Source of the DNA: Halocafeteria seosinensis
Lineage: Eukaryota
DNA: 64,000 nucleotides
Direction of reading: 5' to 3'
Assembly (NCBI GenBank): GCA_001687465.1
Contig: LVLI01000327.1
Coordinates: 1-64,000, forward strand
Shown here: positions 47,394 to 59,644 of the stretch, piece by piece
Position numbering within the stretch: the first letter of the stretch is position 1
Layout of the letters: the number at the start of each line of letters is the position of its first letter
Position numbers and translations under genes: made by a program
Notes under the pieces: model-generated
The model's input: the letters and a program-made list of their open reading frames with translations, nothing else
The model's database searches: none
What the model was told of the DNA's origin: nothing

Positions 47394-49225
47394 TCATGCA
47401 TATTCGTTCATTAGTCCCAGCACAGTTTCCACTCTGTAGCGGCGCATTTCCGCCAACATTGCTATGTCTTCAGAGGTGCTCTCGGAGAGAGCATGATACC
47501 GATCTCGAAGTTGCTGCAGGTAAGAAATGGCATCAGCCAATAAGTCCCCATCAATTTCGGAAGCCCCGTAAAAGATCCCTCCCTTATGAGCAGAAATTAG
47601 TGCTTGAAGGGCTTTATCAAGATGGTCCTCAGTTAATTCCAGCTTCTGTACTCCATCGCGTTGAGCCTGTCCTACGAACTGGGACAGCATCTCAACGTAC
47701 GTCAGAAGCCAATTGCCCACCTCTTTCCCTTGGAGGAAGTTTTTCATTTTCACGGAAACATCGACTTCGTCACCGTGCTGAGAAGGGCTGTCAATGTCAG
47801 TGAATGAGCCGTCTTCCTTTCTGATTGTCAGGTGAGGACCGTCGTCGTCGTTGTTACTGGAATCGCTTTCTTCCCGAGGCTCCTTTCGGGGACGCGGCGT
47901 GTAGGGAATGTCATTAAACAAATCTCCAAATAAGGTTGCAATCTTCGAGGCCAGAACGAGCCCTTTACTCCATTGCTGTGAGTCCAGCGTCTCTGTGGCG
48001 TTCACCTGCCCTAGAGCAGCCACGGTATTCGACGCTAGATGTACGAGGAGTCTTCCTCCGTCCATTTCTATCAATTGTGCTTGGGCCAAAGGGTTTCGTC
48101 TGACAATGCCTCCTACGGCATAAATGCACTTGTTGACTAGACGCAGTTGCTGTAGCGTAGGTAGAGTTTCAGGATCGTTTAAGTTTACCGTCTGATTGAT
48201 ACTCTGAAGAAACATTGGTACCGCTCCAATTGAAAGTGCTAGATCCTGTAACTCCTTTTCCATCTTGACTGTGGAACCTATCACCCAAGCCGCAGTTTCG
48301 CGGACGGTTAACTCACTGTGATTCATTAGCATCAAACATGTCTCCAGGCCGCCCATTTTCGCAAAGTCACGGGCGTTATCCAGTTTACCGACATAGTACT
48401 CGAGATCCTCCAGATTGATTACCATAGCCTCCGACGCATTTGGCGTGCCTTCAGCATAGCGAATTGTGTTTTCTCCCAAGTCTTGGAGAAGGGAGTGCAT
48501 TTGCTGCGCTTCGGTTTTCATCCGCTTTATTGCATCCTCAAGTTCACGTTGTCTTCTTTCCCATACCCGTGTAAGAATCTCCTGCATTTTCTCTGGTGGT
48601 AATCTTTGTTCCAGAGCCTTTCTCATTTCTGGATCGGGTTCAGGCAGTCGTCCAAGGACTTTCTTCATTTGCTCTACAGGATCTTTGCTATCGTCCTCTT
48701 CATCTTCTCCATCCTTCACACTTCCCTGTGAATCAACAGAAACTTGGTTGACAGAATTTCCTTGGGAGTTACCGTCGCTACGCTCAGCTGCTTCTGTGGA
48801 ACCTGGTGCCAGCCTTCCCCATTTCTTACCCCGATTCACGTCCATTCTCACTTCGATTCCCTGGAGTACAAGAGAAGAGAGTGCTACCTCAAAGAGACAC
48901 CATGGAATCCCCACACTGTTATACTTACCGGAGGTATGTGCTGCTCTTTGCAAATTTCCTTCCATTGTTCTTCTGGCTCGAACACCTGTTCATCACAATT
49001 CTTGGGTAAGTAGAAGTCTCCACGGTTCTCTGCTTCCACGTCGCCGGTTTGATCGCCTTCTGAAAGAAGTAGCTGTTCCCCGTCCTCTTCTTGTTCGAGT
49101 GACGTCTCTGCAGTAGGTTGTATTTCCTCTTTAGCCACAACGTGGACCCCTTGACAGCAAATTAAGACAGCAATTAGGGCACTGAAGGAGAGAATTCGAG
49201 CAAGTAAACTAGTTCTGCAATTCAT
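47394..49225 (-). CDS. SIL1: ER Hsp70 nucleotide-exchange factor, SIL1/Fes1 family
   Basis: Signal peptide. FEPEEQWKEICKEQHIPP|GIEVRMDVNRGKKWGRL is the SIL1 N-terminal motif (intron 48861-48928). ARM region LEDLEYYV..LDNARDF..MGG..AAWVIGS. Confidence 0.8.
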
Positions 49226-49974
49226 TTTGTTTGCGCTCCGTATACAAGCCGGACACGCGCTTCTAGCTTTGTAAGCAAATGCTTTGAAGGGTACCTTGAT
49301 ATCTGCAAATCTGAACCAATCCTCTGCACATGAACACAATGTGGAATACCATATTCCCGACATGTTGTCGAGCTCATCAACAACACGTGTCTCACTTCAC
49401 AATTAATTGGTCAAGTTGAACTGGAATCACAGGCTACGCACTGCAAGTTGCAACCAGTGCTGTTAGTGAAGCGTTTAGACTAAATAATTCCGATCGAATT
49501 AGGTATCTCAATTGGATCGTTACATGGCAAAGTGAAACTGTTTCTGGGATTCGCACAATGCTACATCGCTTCCCGCATAGCTAAATCGCGATGCCTAGTG
49601 GTTGTGGATCATTTATGGATAAGGTTTACCGAATTAAAGTGCAAACGACGGAGGAACTTGTGCCACATTCGCATACACATTTATTACGACTGCACGGTCT
49701 TCATCCTTTCTAAACTTCCGCCTAGGAGGAGAGGCAAACATATATAGATTGTCTCACACGTCTGGACTGATTGTTGTTGGCTCCGTTCGCAAACAATGTT
49801 ATCTGCAGCCAGCGTATTCCGCATAACAGGGTGGTATTTTTAAACTGAAGAGAACTTAAAGATTACGATCGGTAAAAGGTCCTCAGGAGTTAGGGCAAAG
49901 GCGTCCACCCAGGAGGGCATTATCCAGCTGAAATAGCCACCGCTTTGGTTTAAGGCATATGAAATGTTTGCGCG

Positions 49975-50343
49975 TCACTCTTCGTTCTTGTTGTTCAGAG
50001 GGAACCGGATGAGTTCACTGCTGTTTGAATTATGGACCAGGCTAAACAAATCCTCCCACTGTTTGAAAACTTCCGAGATATCTGAATGGCAGAATCAGAT
50101 GGCAACGGCATTGGTTCATACTTAATTAACGAACAATTGTACCAATTTATTCATACTTTGTGCGTTTGTGTCCATTGTATCCAATTTGTTGGACATATTC
50201 TCCAGCCTCCTCACGAATGTTTCCGACAAGTCGCGGAGTTGCAACAGCTGCTGCAGCTCCTCAGACTTGCTACGACATGTATGCTCATTGTCCTCACATC
50301 CCGGCTCTTCTTGGGTTGACCCTGACACCGTGCTCGCCTGCAT
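49975..50343 (-). CDS. DAD2: DASH/Dam1 complex subunit Dad2-like
   Basis: Spliced product: KSEELQQLLQLRDLSETFVRRLENMSNKLDTMDTNAQN|ISEVFKQWEDLFSLV...LIRFPL. This matches the Dad2 pattern (K..EL..L..L..LS..L..L..KL..M......V...W..F; terminal L.R.P). Second exon is absent from the ORF track. Confidence 0.75.
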
Positions 50344-50917
50344 TTTTGGCAACTGAGTTCAGCCGTTAATAGGTGTCCGCTCGAAGATGCACACTAGTAG
50401 TCTTTACAGCTACTGAATATGATTTTCAGCCGGTATACCTTTCTTTCCAGAATCAATCCTTACAAAGGTAACTTAAGTATTACAATGAGTAACAAGTTGA
50501 GTTCTATTGAATGGTATTGAGCCACGTCATTATTGACTCGTCTGCAAGTTGAAGTTTTCTTCAACAAAACTGGATGAAACAAATGATTGCTCTCTATGAT
50601 GCTCCGTCGGCCAAAAAAAAAAGGTGTGTACGAAATGAACTGTTACTCACCGAGAATTGCTCGTACCAAAGAATTGGGTTATTTTCTGTAGAGTAATATC
50701 AGTTTGCGTTTCTCAGTAGCGTTCGAAGCTACGAGTTTGTTGGTTCCCAGTTTCCCCAAGTGGCACGGTAGCACGAGTGTAGGCGGATAATCCACCGTCC
50801 TACTTTGACAGCTGCTATGATTGCTCATAGCACTACGTGCTCCGCGTCATTCTTGAAAGTGGATTCGGCGCAGCTTTGCTGTGCACCATTGACACCGTGA
50901 AAATTCAAATTGGAACA

Positions 50918-53900
50918 ATGGAGTGTAGTGCATGCTTGAAGAGCGATTGCCCGGGATTCAGTCCTCAATTCTATCACAGACATCAGGTAAGTCGACCATT
51001 CTGTGTTTTATATGTGCGCTTTGGGAAAGGGGGCCGTGCTGTCGTCGCCACTTGTGTGTTCCATGGTTCTGTCTTCGCAGTGCGCTCACTGTGGAGTATC
51101 GATTCTCTACCACCGGGCCCAACCCAGTGGAGTGGTCTCCAAAGGCAAGCACACTCTCGGACGTTCGAGTGCTGTATTCTCGTCACATACCGATTCGGAG
51201 GAACAAAATGGAGGAGGGAAAGGCATACTAAATGGGAGAAAGGCAACAATTAATGAGCCGGGGGGTATTTCTGAGGACCCTTTTGTGTGGCCTCGAACCT
51301 CAGATCATAGCCTGTCTCATACCTTTGAGGCGCTTGTCACAGTATCGAACCTGAATCTTTTATGGATAAAACGAAGCAGATTTAAAGATGGGAGTAAGAT
51401 CAAGAGAGCCGCGAGAAAACTGTTTGATCTAGGCCTTACCGCCCCGCCTGCCGTTGCCGATTTACAAGGGAAGTGGATGATAAGTGTCTCGGTAACGGGG
51501 AACGAGGACAACTACGTAGATACCGACACCCTGAGGTGTAATACCACTCGTTCAAGTATGAGTAACAATATGCATTCAGCGACGTGCTCGGAGCTCTTCA
51601 GGAAAACGTTCGCTCGGAATGCGACCGATTTTCTTGACAATTCCGATAGAACCCATTCGCGCCGAGGGTCGATGTCGATGTCGAATTACAGCGGGACTCA
51701 CCGTTCTATCTCTTCAGCTGACGTATATGTCATGCAAGATGAGGATCTTGGAAGAGGTGATGATGGAGCGGAAAGGAAGGAATTTGCTCCTCCGAATATG
51801 CTTCGTAGAGCTTCTGCTTCATTACTCAACGTTCTTTCGCGCAAGAAGCAGGGCAATACAGAGTCCAGCAGCAGCGAGACAGATGCGGACCAACTGGCAG
51901 CACTACATGCAGCTGAAGGGTACGAATCTCCGGTTCGATCTACTATTATTGGTAATGTTATGGAAGCAGAGCATGATTTTCCCCGTCCGAAGTTACACCG
52001 AGCATTGGCCTCACTCCCCTATCATGAAAAAGTGAAGTTCACGAACATCACCAATGTCTTGCAAGAGAACAAAGGACACGATTTCGATCATTCGCAGCTA
52101 AATAGAATTGATTCTACCGAACGTGTGAAAGCAACGACGGACACTTTCCGGTTTAGAAAGGCTATAAAGCTTCGCTTACCCAAGAAGCGCTCGTTGTTTG
52201 AGAAGACCAAAATACAGATTGAACTGTTCTTCATAGCTGACAGCGGGAACAACAAGTTTTGCGCTGCGAAAACGACATTTGATGTAAATGAATATGCTGG
52301 CTATTTCATGGACAACGAAGCCGTTTATCGACACTCGCTGAGTATAGAAAAGCCGTTATACGGTGATAACGGTGTGGTCGCCACGGGCACCCTTGCTTTA
52401 AGGCATATGGCACCACCTAGGAAGCACATTGTCTGTCCCGTTACTCGAGGCACATTGATACAAAATACCTTAGCTTTGACATCGGACGATGAACAAATCA
52501 TTGCGACAGAAGAAGCCATGGAGACTTCCCTATCAGTGCTCGTCCCGGTTCAGTTCTTGGTGTGTCGCGTTGTCCATTTGATCGAACAAGAGCATCTCAT
52601 AGAATTAAAACTTGGGTCCTGTTTATCTGACTCCAATGGTGGCACTCAAAATTCTGATGCAATATCGGAAGGGAAAGGACCCCCTTGTTGGAACGAGGAG
52701 CGCCTACTGGAATTGCTACGACAAGAGTTCAGTAGTGATTCTTCCTACGAGGAATGGGAGGTCGCTTCGACGGTCGGTCCGAAGACAGATGCAAGAAACA
52801 GTATGACGGTAACTTGCGGAAATCTAGTAAGAGTATGGTGGAGCGTTCACCAGCATCGACTCCACTTGCAGCAACACATTGATTTTCTCACGGGACTCTA
52901 TTTGTCTGCCCGGCGTCATCACTCAAGATTTCGAAGGAGAGGAAGACATTTTGGCTACGGGCTGGATGAAACTTTTATAAATAAATCGGACAAGGGAGTG
53001 CGACGCGAGGCCCCGTTTTATAAGAGTAGTGCGCAGAAGGCAAATGCCGCTATGAGTGCTATGCCCACGAATCTTCATATTCAGTTATTGTGTGCCTCTC
53101 AAAAGCGTCTCATTCCAAAGCCGACGAAGCAGAAACCAAAGGGGAAGACGACTGTTTCACGACGTCCGCCTGGTGATGGAGATACTAGTGGAAGCTCTCC
53201 CGCTCTTTCAATGAAACATAGCTGGGGCCAAGAAATTGCGCGAAAAATGACAATGCAGTCCGGGATTTTTGGATTGAACTCTACCCAAGCGAACGGAGGA
53301 GGCGGTGAGAAGAACGACAGAACCCTCGAGTCGAGTGACTCAGAAGATGAAGAGCAAGAGTCTGCCTACGTCGTGGGCGATGCGGACGCTGACTTATTAG
53401 ACGGTTCTGTGGACTGCGATACTGGTGCATTGGACATAAAGGACTTGAAGGAGGACGAGCAAAAGGAATCACATTCTGGAGAAACGAGTTCCCCCAATTC
53501 TCAAAGCAATGCCGCGATCCTAGACCGTGCAGAACACTTAGGTAAGCGATTAGCTACAGTGAGGAACAGGCTACACGAGCGATTGAGGAAATCGGGGGAT
53601 GCAGCTGCTGTCTACGACTCGATAACTTTGGGGGCTCCAGCGTACCATGCTGGTCATTTTCGCGATGGGGGTCTGTTCCGTTTGCGTGCACGGATTCCCG
53701 GGTTACCTTTTGGTTGCCCGGCTAGTAGTGCTCTATCATACGTCATACAACATAGCCAGTTAGAAGAACGGGGAGAATCGGCTCTAGATAAGAATGGTGG
53801 CCCAGGACGAAGGGTACGGAGTAGAACGCGAAATGACCCTGAACCTAAATTGCGTTCGGCATCTTCCTTGAAGCGTAGTAGTTTTTCACGGAATGGAGAT

Positions 53901-55496
53901 TCGTTGGATGGCATGAAACAGGGGCAATCCACGGGCGATGGTCAGCAAAACGAAGGAGCCCGTGCTAAACGGAAGTCCTTCCAGAATTTTGTCGAAAATG
54001 AGAAAACTAGCTTTGACGTTTCTGAAGCGATATATCGTCTGACAGAAGTTCAAACCAGAGAAGACTTTGTAATGTCGCAGATGTTGGCTGCCGTGTTTAG
54101 TTCTTTGCTGTTCAAACTTGACACCGCAGTCGCAGCGCGCCGATACCGTTACCTGGATTTGTTGGGCCGATACGGGTTTCTTGTACAAATTGAATCTCTG
54201 CTGTCTACCGTATCTAAGGAGGTGTCTATGCTGCAGGACATGTATGGCGTTTTCTTGCTGCTTGATACAGTTAGCGTTAAGTTGTGCCGCTGTACCACCA
54301 GCAAGAAAGGTCCTGCTCACAAGGGCTCGGTGATTGATAGCTATACCTCTTCTCCTAGGACGGATCCTCATGCCACCAGAGATAGTTTCTACAAAAGTAG
54401 TCCCATAAAAGCGCAAGTGCAAGGAATATTGGAACGCACGGGAGGCGCAACACATCACTTCTTTGGCACTGGAGCCGATTCTACTGGCGAGGCGGAAAGC
54501 GCACAACAGTTGCTCAAGGCTATTGAGCGAAACATTTCCGGTACACAATTATTCGCGGAGAGTAGCGACGAAGAGAACTTCGAATTTGATGATGACGCTG
54601 AAATTGCTTCTTTTCCCTCTCGTCACAAGCGTCGCATTCTGCGTGTTCTTCGCACTGTGTCGAACGAAATGTTCTGTCTTCGCTTCGTTTCGCAGGAGCG
54701 TACAGAGAAGCATAACTCTGTAGCCAGTACAAACGGGACCGCATCAAACCGTGCTCGAAGTTCCTCTTTTGGAAAAGGACGCGATTCCCCCTCTGATAGT
54801 ATGGATGATAGTCAGAAGAGTGACTCTTTTGTAGATCGGGTGAGCATGTCTTCAGGGGGCTGGGTCGTTGAACTAGACCTCTCTCCTGCACTCTACGATA
54901 TGTTGCCTGAGAGTCTACAAGCGCAACAAATACAGTTAGTACCGCTGTTATTCACTCAAGGGATAAATGAACAGCAAAGCTTTGCCAACGCTGTGAGCAG
55001 GGGTGGATTAGAGCTTCAGCGGAAAATTAACTGGGACAGCTTTTACACTCTTGCTGAATTTGCTATGGAGGCAGGTCCAAAATTGGTTGGGAATCATATG
55101 AAAAAGCTAGATCGCGATCTTCGGGCATTAAAAGTGCAAATAGACGAGGAGCAGCGAGTAGCTGGGAAGCACCCGCGCGTCCTTTCTTTGGCAGCAGACA
55201 TTGTTAGAATGTTACATGGCGGCCGAATTACGTGCTGCAAATCTGGTAAGGATAGGACTGCTATGAGTGTGACATACGAGCAAGCGCGTATTTTGGAACA
55301 TCGGCATGGATTGGGACAGCATAGAGTCCAAGAAGTGGCCAATTTAATGCGTTCGGAGGGTCCTAGGAAGTTTATCTGCGCTAAGAACGTTGGAGAGCCT
55401 CTTTACGCCTTCAACGCTTTCCAAAGTGCGCTGCTACCCGCACACTACAGACCTCCCCCGGAAACTCTTTCTGGAACAACAGATGTTGCTTCTTGA
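50918..55496 (+). CDS. Inositol polyphosphate 4-phosphatase (INPP4-type)
   Basis: Catalytic CKSGKDRTAMSVT, GFLVQIESLLST..E..ML.D, PLLFTQGINEQQ, MPTNLHIQ, TLGAPAYH and YAFN..Q..LP..YRPP. Short first exon with intron at 50987-51080. Confidence 0.92.
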
Positions 55497-55536
55497 AACA
55501 ACGTGATAAATGGTAGTTAACATGTAGTTAACATGT

Positions 55537-56191
55537 TCAAAAGCACTTTTTGCAAACCGAATACGTGACCAGTGGTATTCCGTTGCCGTCCACATTTTCC
55601 ACGGTGGCGAGTATCAGCTTCTTTGATGTTGCCACACCCACCCTCATTTTCGATGCTATTTCCAGGAGTCGAGTTTCACAATAAGAAGGGGGCACCAAAG
55701 CAACAATATACCCAGCGTGTACATTAGTGGGATCGTCTGCATACCACAGTTCAATTGTTGGTTGCCACATCGGTCGCGAGCTCAACGCGATCCTTACCTT
55801 CATACACCAGGAAGTCTCCTCCGAACTTGATTCCTGAGGTCACCCAATACCCTTGTTTCCAAAGATCAACATATAACGCGTACTTATCCTTTTGGACCGC
55901 AAAACATGCAACCAACTCCGCTATTGTGCACGTGTGGTTGACAACAGTTCCATCCGTCTTGTTGACAACGGCATAACCGTGCTGCACACACAAGCATGCT
56001 TCTAGCGGGTGAACAATGCAGGGAAGCGTTGCCTCTTTTGATCCCTGACTGAGATGTCCTACAGCGGACAGGGGAATTCTGCATTCCCGTCGAAGATATT
56101 CTATGTCATCAACATCCCACAAAAGCATTACATAGTTCCCATTGCGGCAGGAGGAAGTGTGAATTTCCACGGGATTCCTCGCTGTTGCCAT
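55537..56191 (-). CDS. TSEN34: tRNA-splicing endonuclease catalytic subunit, Sen34-like
   Basis: LWDVDDIEYLRRECRI, LYVDLWKQGYWVTSGIKFGGDFLVY|DDP..HA and RVGVATSKK contain the Tyr/His/Lys triad. One intron at ~55740-55797. The start is uncertain. Confidence 0.85.
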
Positions 56192-56655
56192 CCGGCAATC
56201 AATTAAGCTGCATCCAGAGTATTCAAGTAAACCAGAGACTGCGTTTGTCTCAACATCATGGTTCGAAAATGTACACAGTACAACTTTGGCGGCGTCTGGA
56301 ATCTGTCTGTGACTGACCACCGTCAGAATCTGGCAATCAGATTATCGTGCCATCTTCAAGCAAACAAACTTTCTTTGGCCGTACGGAGTCTCAGCATGGT
56401 AGAAATTCCACTTGCAGTGTGTACTACGGTCCTATATTTTGAGTATTGGTGTGTATAGCACTGAACAGCAAATAATTCTGTAGCTGTAGAACTTACAGAA
56501 CACGAGGTACGCCTAGCATACGTGTCGTGGAGCAATCCGAAGTTTTTCGTGCTCTGACGACGCCGAAAAGGAAGATCAAATTCCAAGCAACACGTATCAG
56601 GGGGTATCCACCTTTTTCTGTTTATTGATAGAGTTAGCTTAAACAAAGAAACGCG

Positions 56656-58505
56656 ATGCTATCCCGTTCTCTCGTCTCAAGTGGCCGAGGATGCACAGGG
56701 AATGTCCTCAGAAGTACAGGAGCATTGGCAGCGCGTGCTTCCGGGGCTTTCCCCACGTGTATAAACAGTCTGACTTGGGAGTCATACAATGGTGTGAGAT
56801 GGCAACATGCTCAGCCAATGCCCATTAGTCTTCAAGCAGATGTTAAGGAAGGTACTGGAGGGGAAGGCTTTTCCTCCGAGAACGGAGGAGGAGAAGTTGG
56901 GTCTACAGCAGCTGCTGAAGAAGGAAGTGAAGGCATGTCTGCTACCGCTGCAGTAACAGCTGAGGAAGCATCAAGTTTGACTCCACGGCAAGTAAGTAAC
57001 AGCGTGTTCTAGGTTCGCAGTTCATCCTCTGTTTGTATTCTCTTACTTCTTGACGCAGATTGTTCAAGCTCTGGATGAATACATTGTGGGCCAAGAAGAA
57101 GCAAAACGTGCAATTGCTATTTCTCTGAGGAATCGGTGGAGAAGACAAAGAATTGATGAAGAACTGAAACCAGAAGTTATTCCTAAGAATATCTTGATGG
57201 TGGGGCCCACCGGTGTAGGTAAAACCGAGATTGCGAGGCGTCTAGCAAAGTTTGCGAAAGCACCGTTCGTGAAAGTTGAGGCCACAAAATTTACTGAAGT
57301 AGGATACCATGGACGAGATGTTGAATCCATTATCAAGTACGCTGTCTGCTTTATTCGTACTCTGTTTGTGCCAAACCACTGTCTCTTTCTGTTTTGGTTC
57401 CACAGAGATTTGGTGGAAACGTCGGCAAAACTGTGTCGCGAAATTAAACAGGAGGAATTCGCCGGTGAGATACAGCGTATGGTGGAAGAGAAGCTGCTGG
57501 ATTCCCTCACTGGTTCACAGGTGAGAAAGAGATGGGTGCCCTAACACGATGTACTCCAAATTACTTTACTTGTGTTTGTGTCGTTGCCTACAGTCTCAAG
57601 AGACGACAAGAGCCGAGTTCCGTAAACTACTCCGAGAAGGCCAGCTAGATGAGTTGGATGTAGAAATTGATGTGCCACGGTCTCGTGGCGGAGGGAACGA
57701 CAACCTCGAGTTTTCTGTGGGTGGTGGGCAAACTATCACCGTAGATCCGATGGATCTATTCTCTAAATTGCAAGGCCGCAACAATCGAAACACTGAAAAG
57801 CGTAAAATGAAGGTTAAAGACGCTAGGCCGATTATGGAAGAAGCAGAACTGGACAAGAAACTCAGTCAAATAGACTGGCAAAAAGATGCTGTGGAACTCG
57901 CGGAGCAACATGGAATTGTTTTTATTGACGAAGTAGACAAGATTGTCTCAGGTGCTAACAAATACACTAAGGGTGGGGACGCCTCAGCGGAAGGTGTACA
58001 AAGAGACTTGCTACCTCTCATTGAAGGTACTACAGTAGAGGTGAAGAAGTTCGGAAACGTGAAGACAGATTACATGCTTTTCGTGGCATCTGGGGCTTTC
58101 CAGGAAACAAAAACTTCAGATATGTTAGCAGAGTTGCAAGGCCGTCTGCCTATCCGTGTGGAGCTTAAAGGGTTGACTGCAGAGGACATGTACAAGGTTC
58201 TCACAGAGCCGAAGGCGAATTTGATTGTGCAACAGAAAGCACTGCTGAAAGCTGAGGGCATCGAACTTGATTTCACAGAAGATGCCATCAGAGAACTCGC
58301 CGAACAGAGTGCGGAGATGAATAAAACAGTTGAGAACATCGGCGCTCGTCGATTACATACAGTTATTGAAAGAGTGCTGGAAGAAATCAGTTTCGATGCC
58401 AGCGACATGGAATCGGGTTCCAAGCTCACGATCGATCAAGATTATGTTCAAGATAAGCTTAGGAATGCTCTTAAACGAGCGGATATCAAGAAGTTTATCC
58501 TTTAG
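56656..58505 (+). CDS. hslU: Mitochondrial HslU (ClpY) AAA+ ATPase
   Basis: Presequence, [87 protein letters not shown] and terminal KFIL. Three introns. Confidence 0.97.
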
Positions 58506-58670
58506 GTTGTGTTTTCTCTTCTTGCTACTGTGTATGTGGGGAATTAGAGCGGCCGCAACCCTTGCTGTGCATTTCTCCGAAGGAATAATGCTGCGTAGAC
58601 TCTGGCATCGCATCGAACAAGGTTGAGTCAGAGTGTCAATGCATAATATACATTTTTGCTTCTTTCCCCC

Positions 58671-58782
58671 ACAAAAGAGTAATAGTAACCTGGTAACTAT
58701 GTGACTCTGGTTGTCACTTGGCTCAACGGACTCTACAAAAGAGTAATACCATATATAGGTACAGTAGTAACCTGGTAACTAT
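58671..58782. repeat. Short direct duplication
   Basis: TAGTAACCTGGTAACTAT at 58683-58700 and 58765-58782. ACAAAAGAGTAATA at 58671-58684 and 58735-58748. Confidence 0.8.
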
Positions 58783-59644
58783 ACAAGTCTTGTCCGGTGG
58801 TAGGACACAAATGGCAGCCCGGAATGAAACAGAGAGGTTGAACGAGTACTAAAAGATGACGTTATAGCGATACAATATAGAGGCTTTCGAGACGACTGAC
58901 AGAAATTTTCCGAACTGAACGATGGAATGTGGAACGAGAGCATGTTTCTTTCTCAACCGGGGAGCAGAAAGAAAGCGGCTGGCCGACTGAGAAAGGAAAT
59001 GGATAGCCTGAGAAAGTCTACAAACTAATAATAAGTGCATACTCGTCTGAACCACAACGTTCGCTAACTTGGATGGCTTACAATCGGTAGTGGAAAGGAA
59101 CCGGTATACACAAGTACAACGTTTACGACGAAGTACTGTACTGGTAGTACCACGACAAAAACGGAACAACTCCAATCAAGTGTCTACAGCACTGTTTGAC
59201 TAATAGGATGCCCAAAAAATATCAGCAAATACGCGTCGCCTCAGGCCCTTGTAGAAACGCACACACGCACGTAGAAAACTTTGCCAAACGTTCCGCATTT
59301 TCCCAAAACGTTGACAGAAGTTCACAGAACCCATGTTTGTGAAGGAAGCTGCTCTCCTCCCTGGTATCTCTTGCCGCCCTTGTTGTTCCCCTGGACTACG
59401 ACCCCTGGATGTTTTTTGGTTGTCCACCGGGTGGGAAGCCTTGAATACGCTTTAATACACCTACAAGATCCCATTTGGCGGAAGGGTTGATATATTACAT
59501 TGAGCCGTATACTCCTTGGTGAAAATTCTTTGCACCACAGGTGGCTCATCGGCCTTTACACGGTACAGGAAAGGGCAGGTGTCAATCCTGTGCCATCAGG
59601 AATTCCCAGTGTTAAGCACCAAGGAGACCTGAATTTTAAGCATA

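Noticed and set aside
49500..49960. Possible small gene or snRNA (ATCGCTTC resembles the U2 5' end)
   Set aside because: No U2 branch-pairing sequence follows, and no consistent spliced ORF could be built.
55513..55536. GTAGTTAACAT tandem duplication between convergent genes
   Set aside because: Only two copies of 11 bp, most likely replication slippage.
35721..57405. Stop-free introns with length divisible by 3 (e.g. 35721-35789, 57337-57405, others in the helicase, Pus1 and HIBCH-like genes)
   Set aside because: About five among several dozen ~65-nt introns is roughly what chance predicts. There is no evidence for regulated retention.
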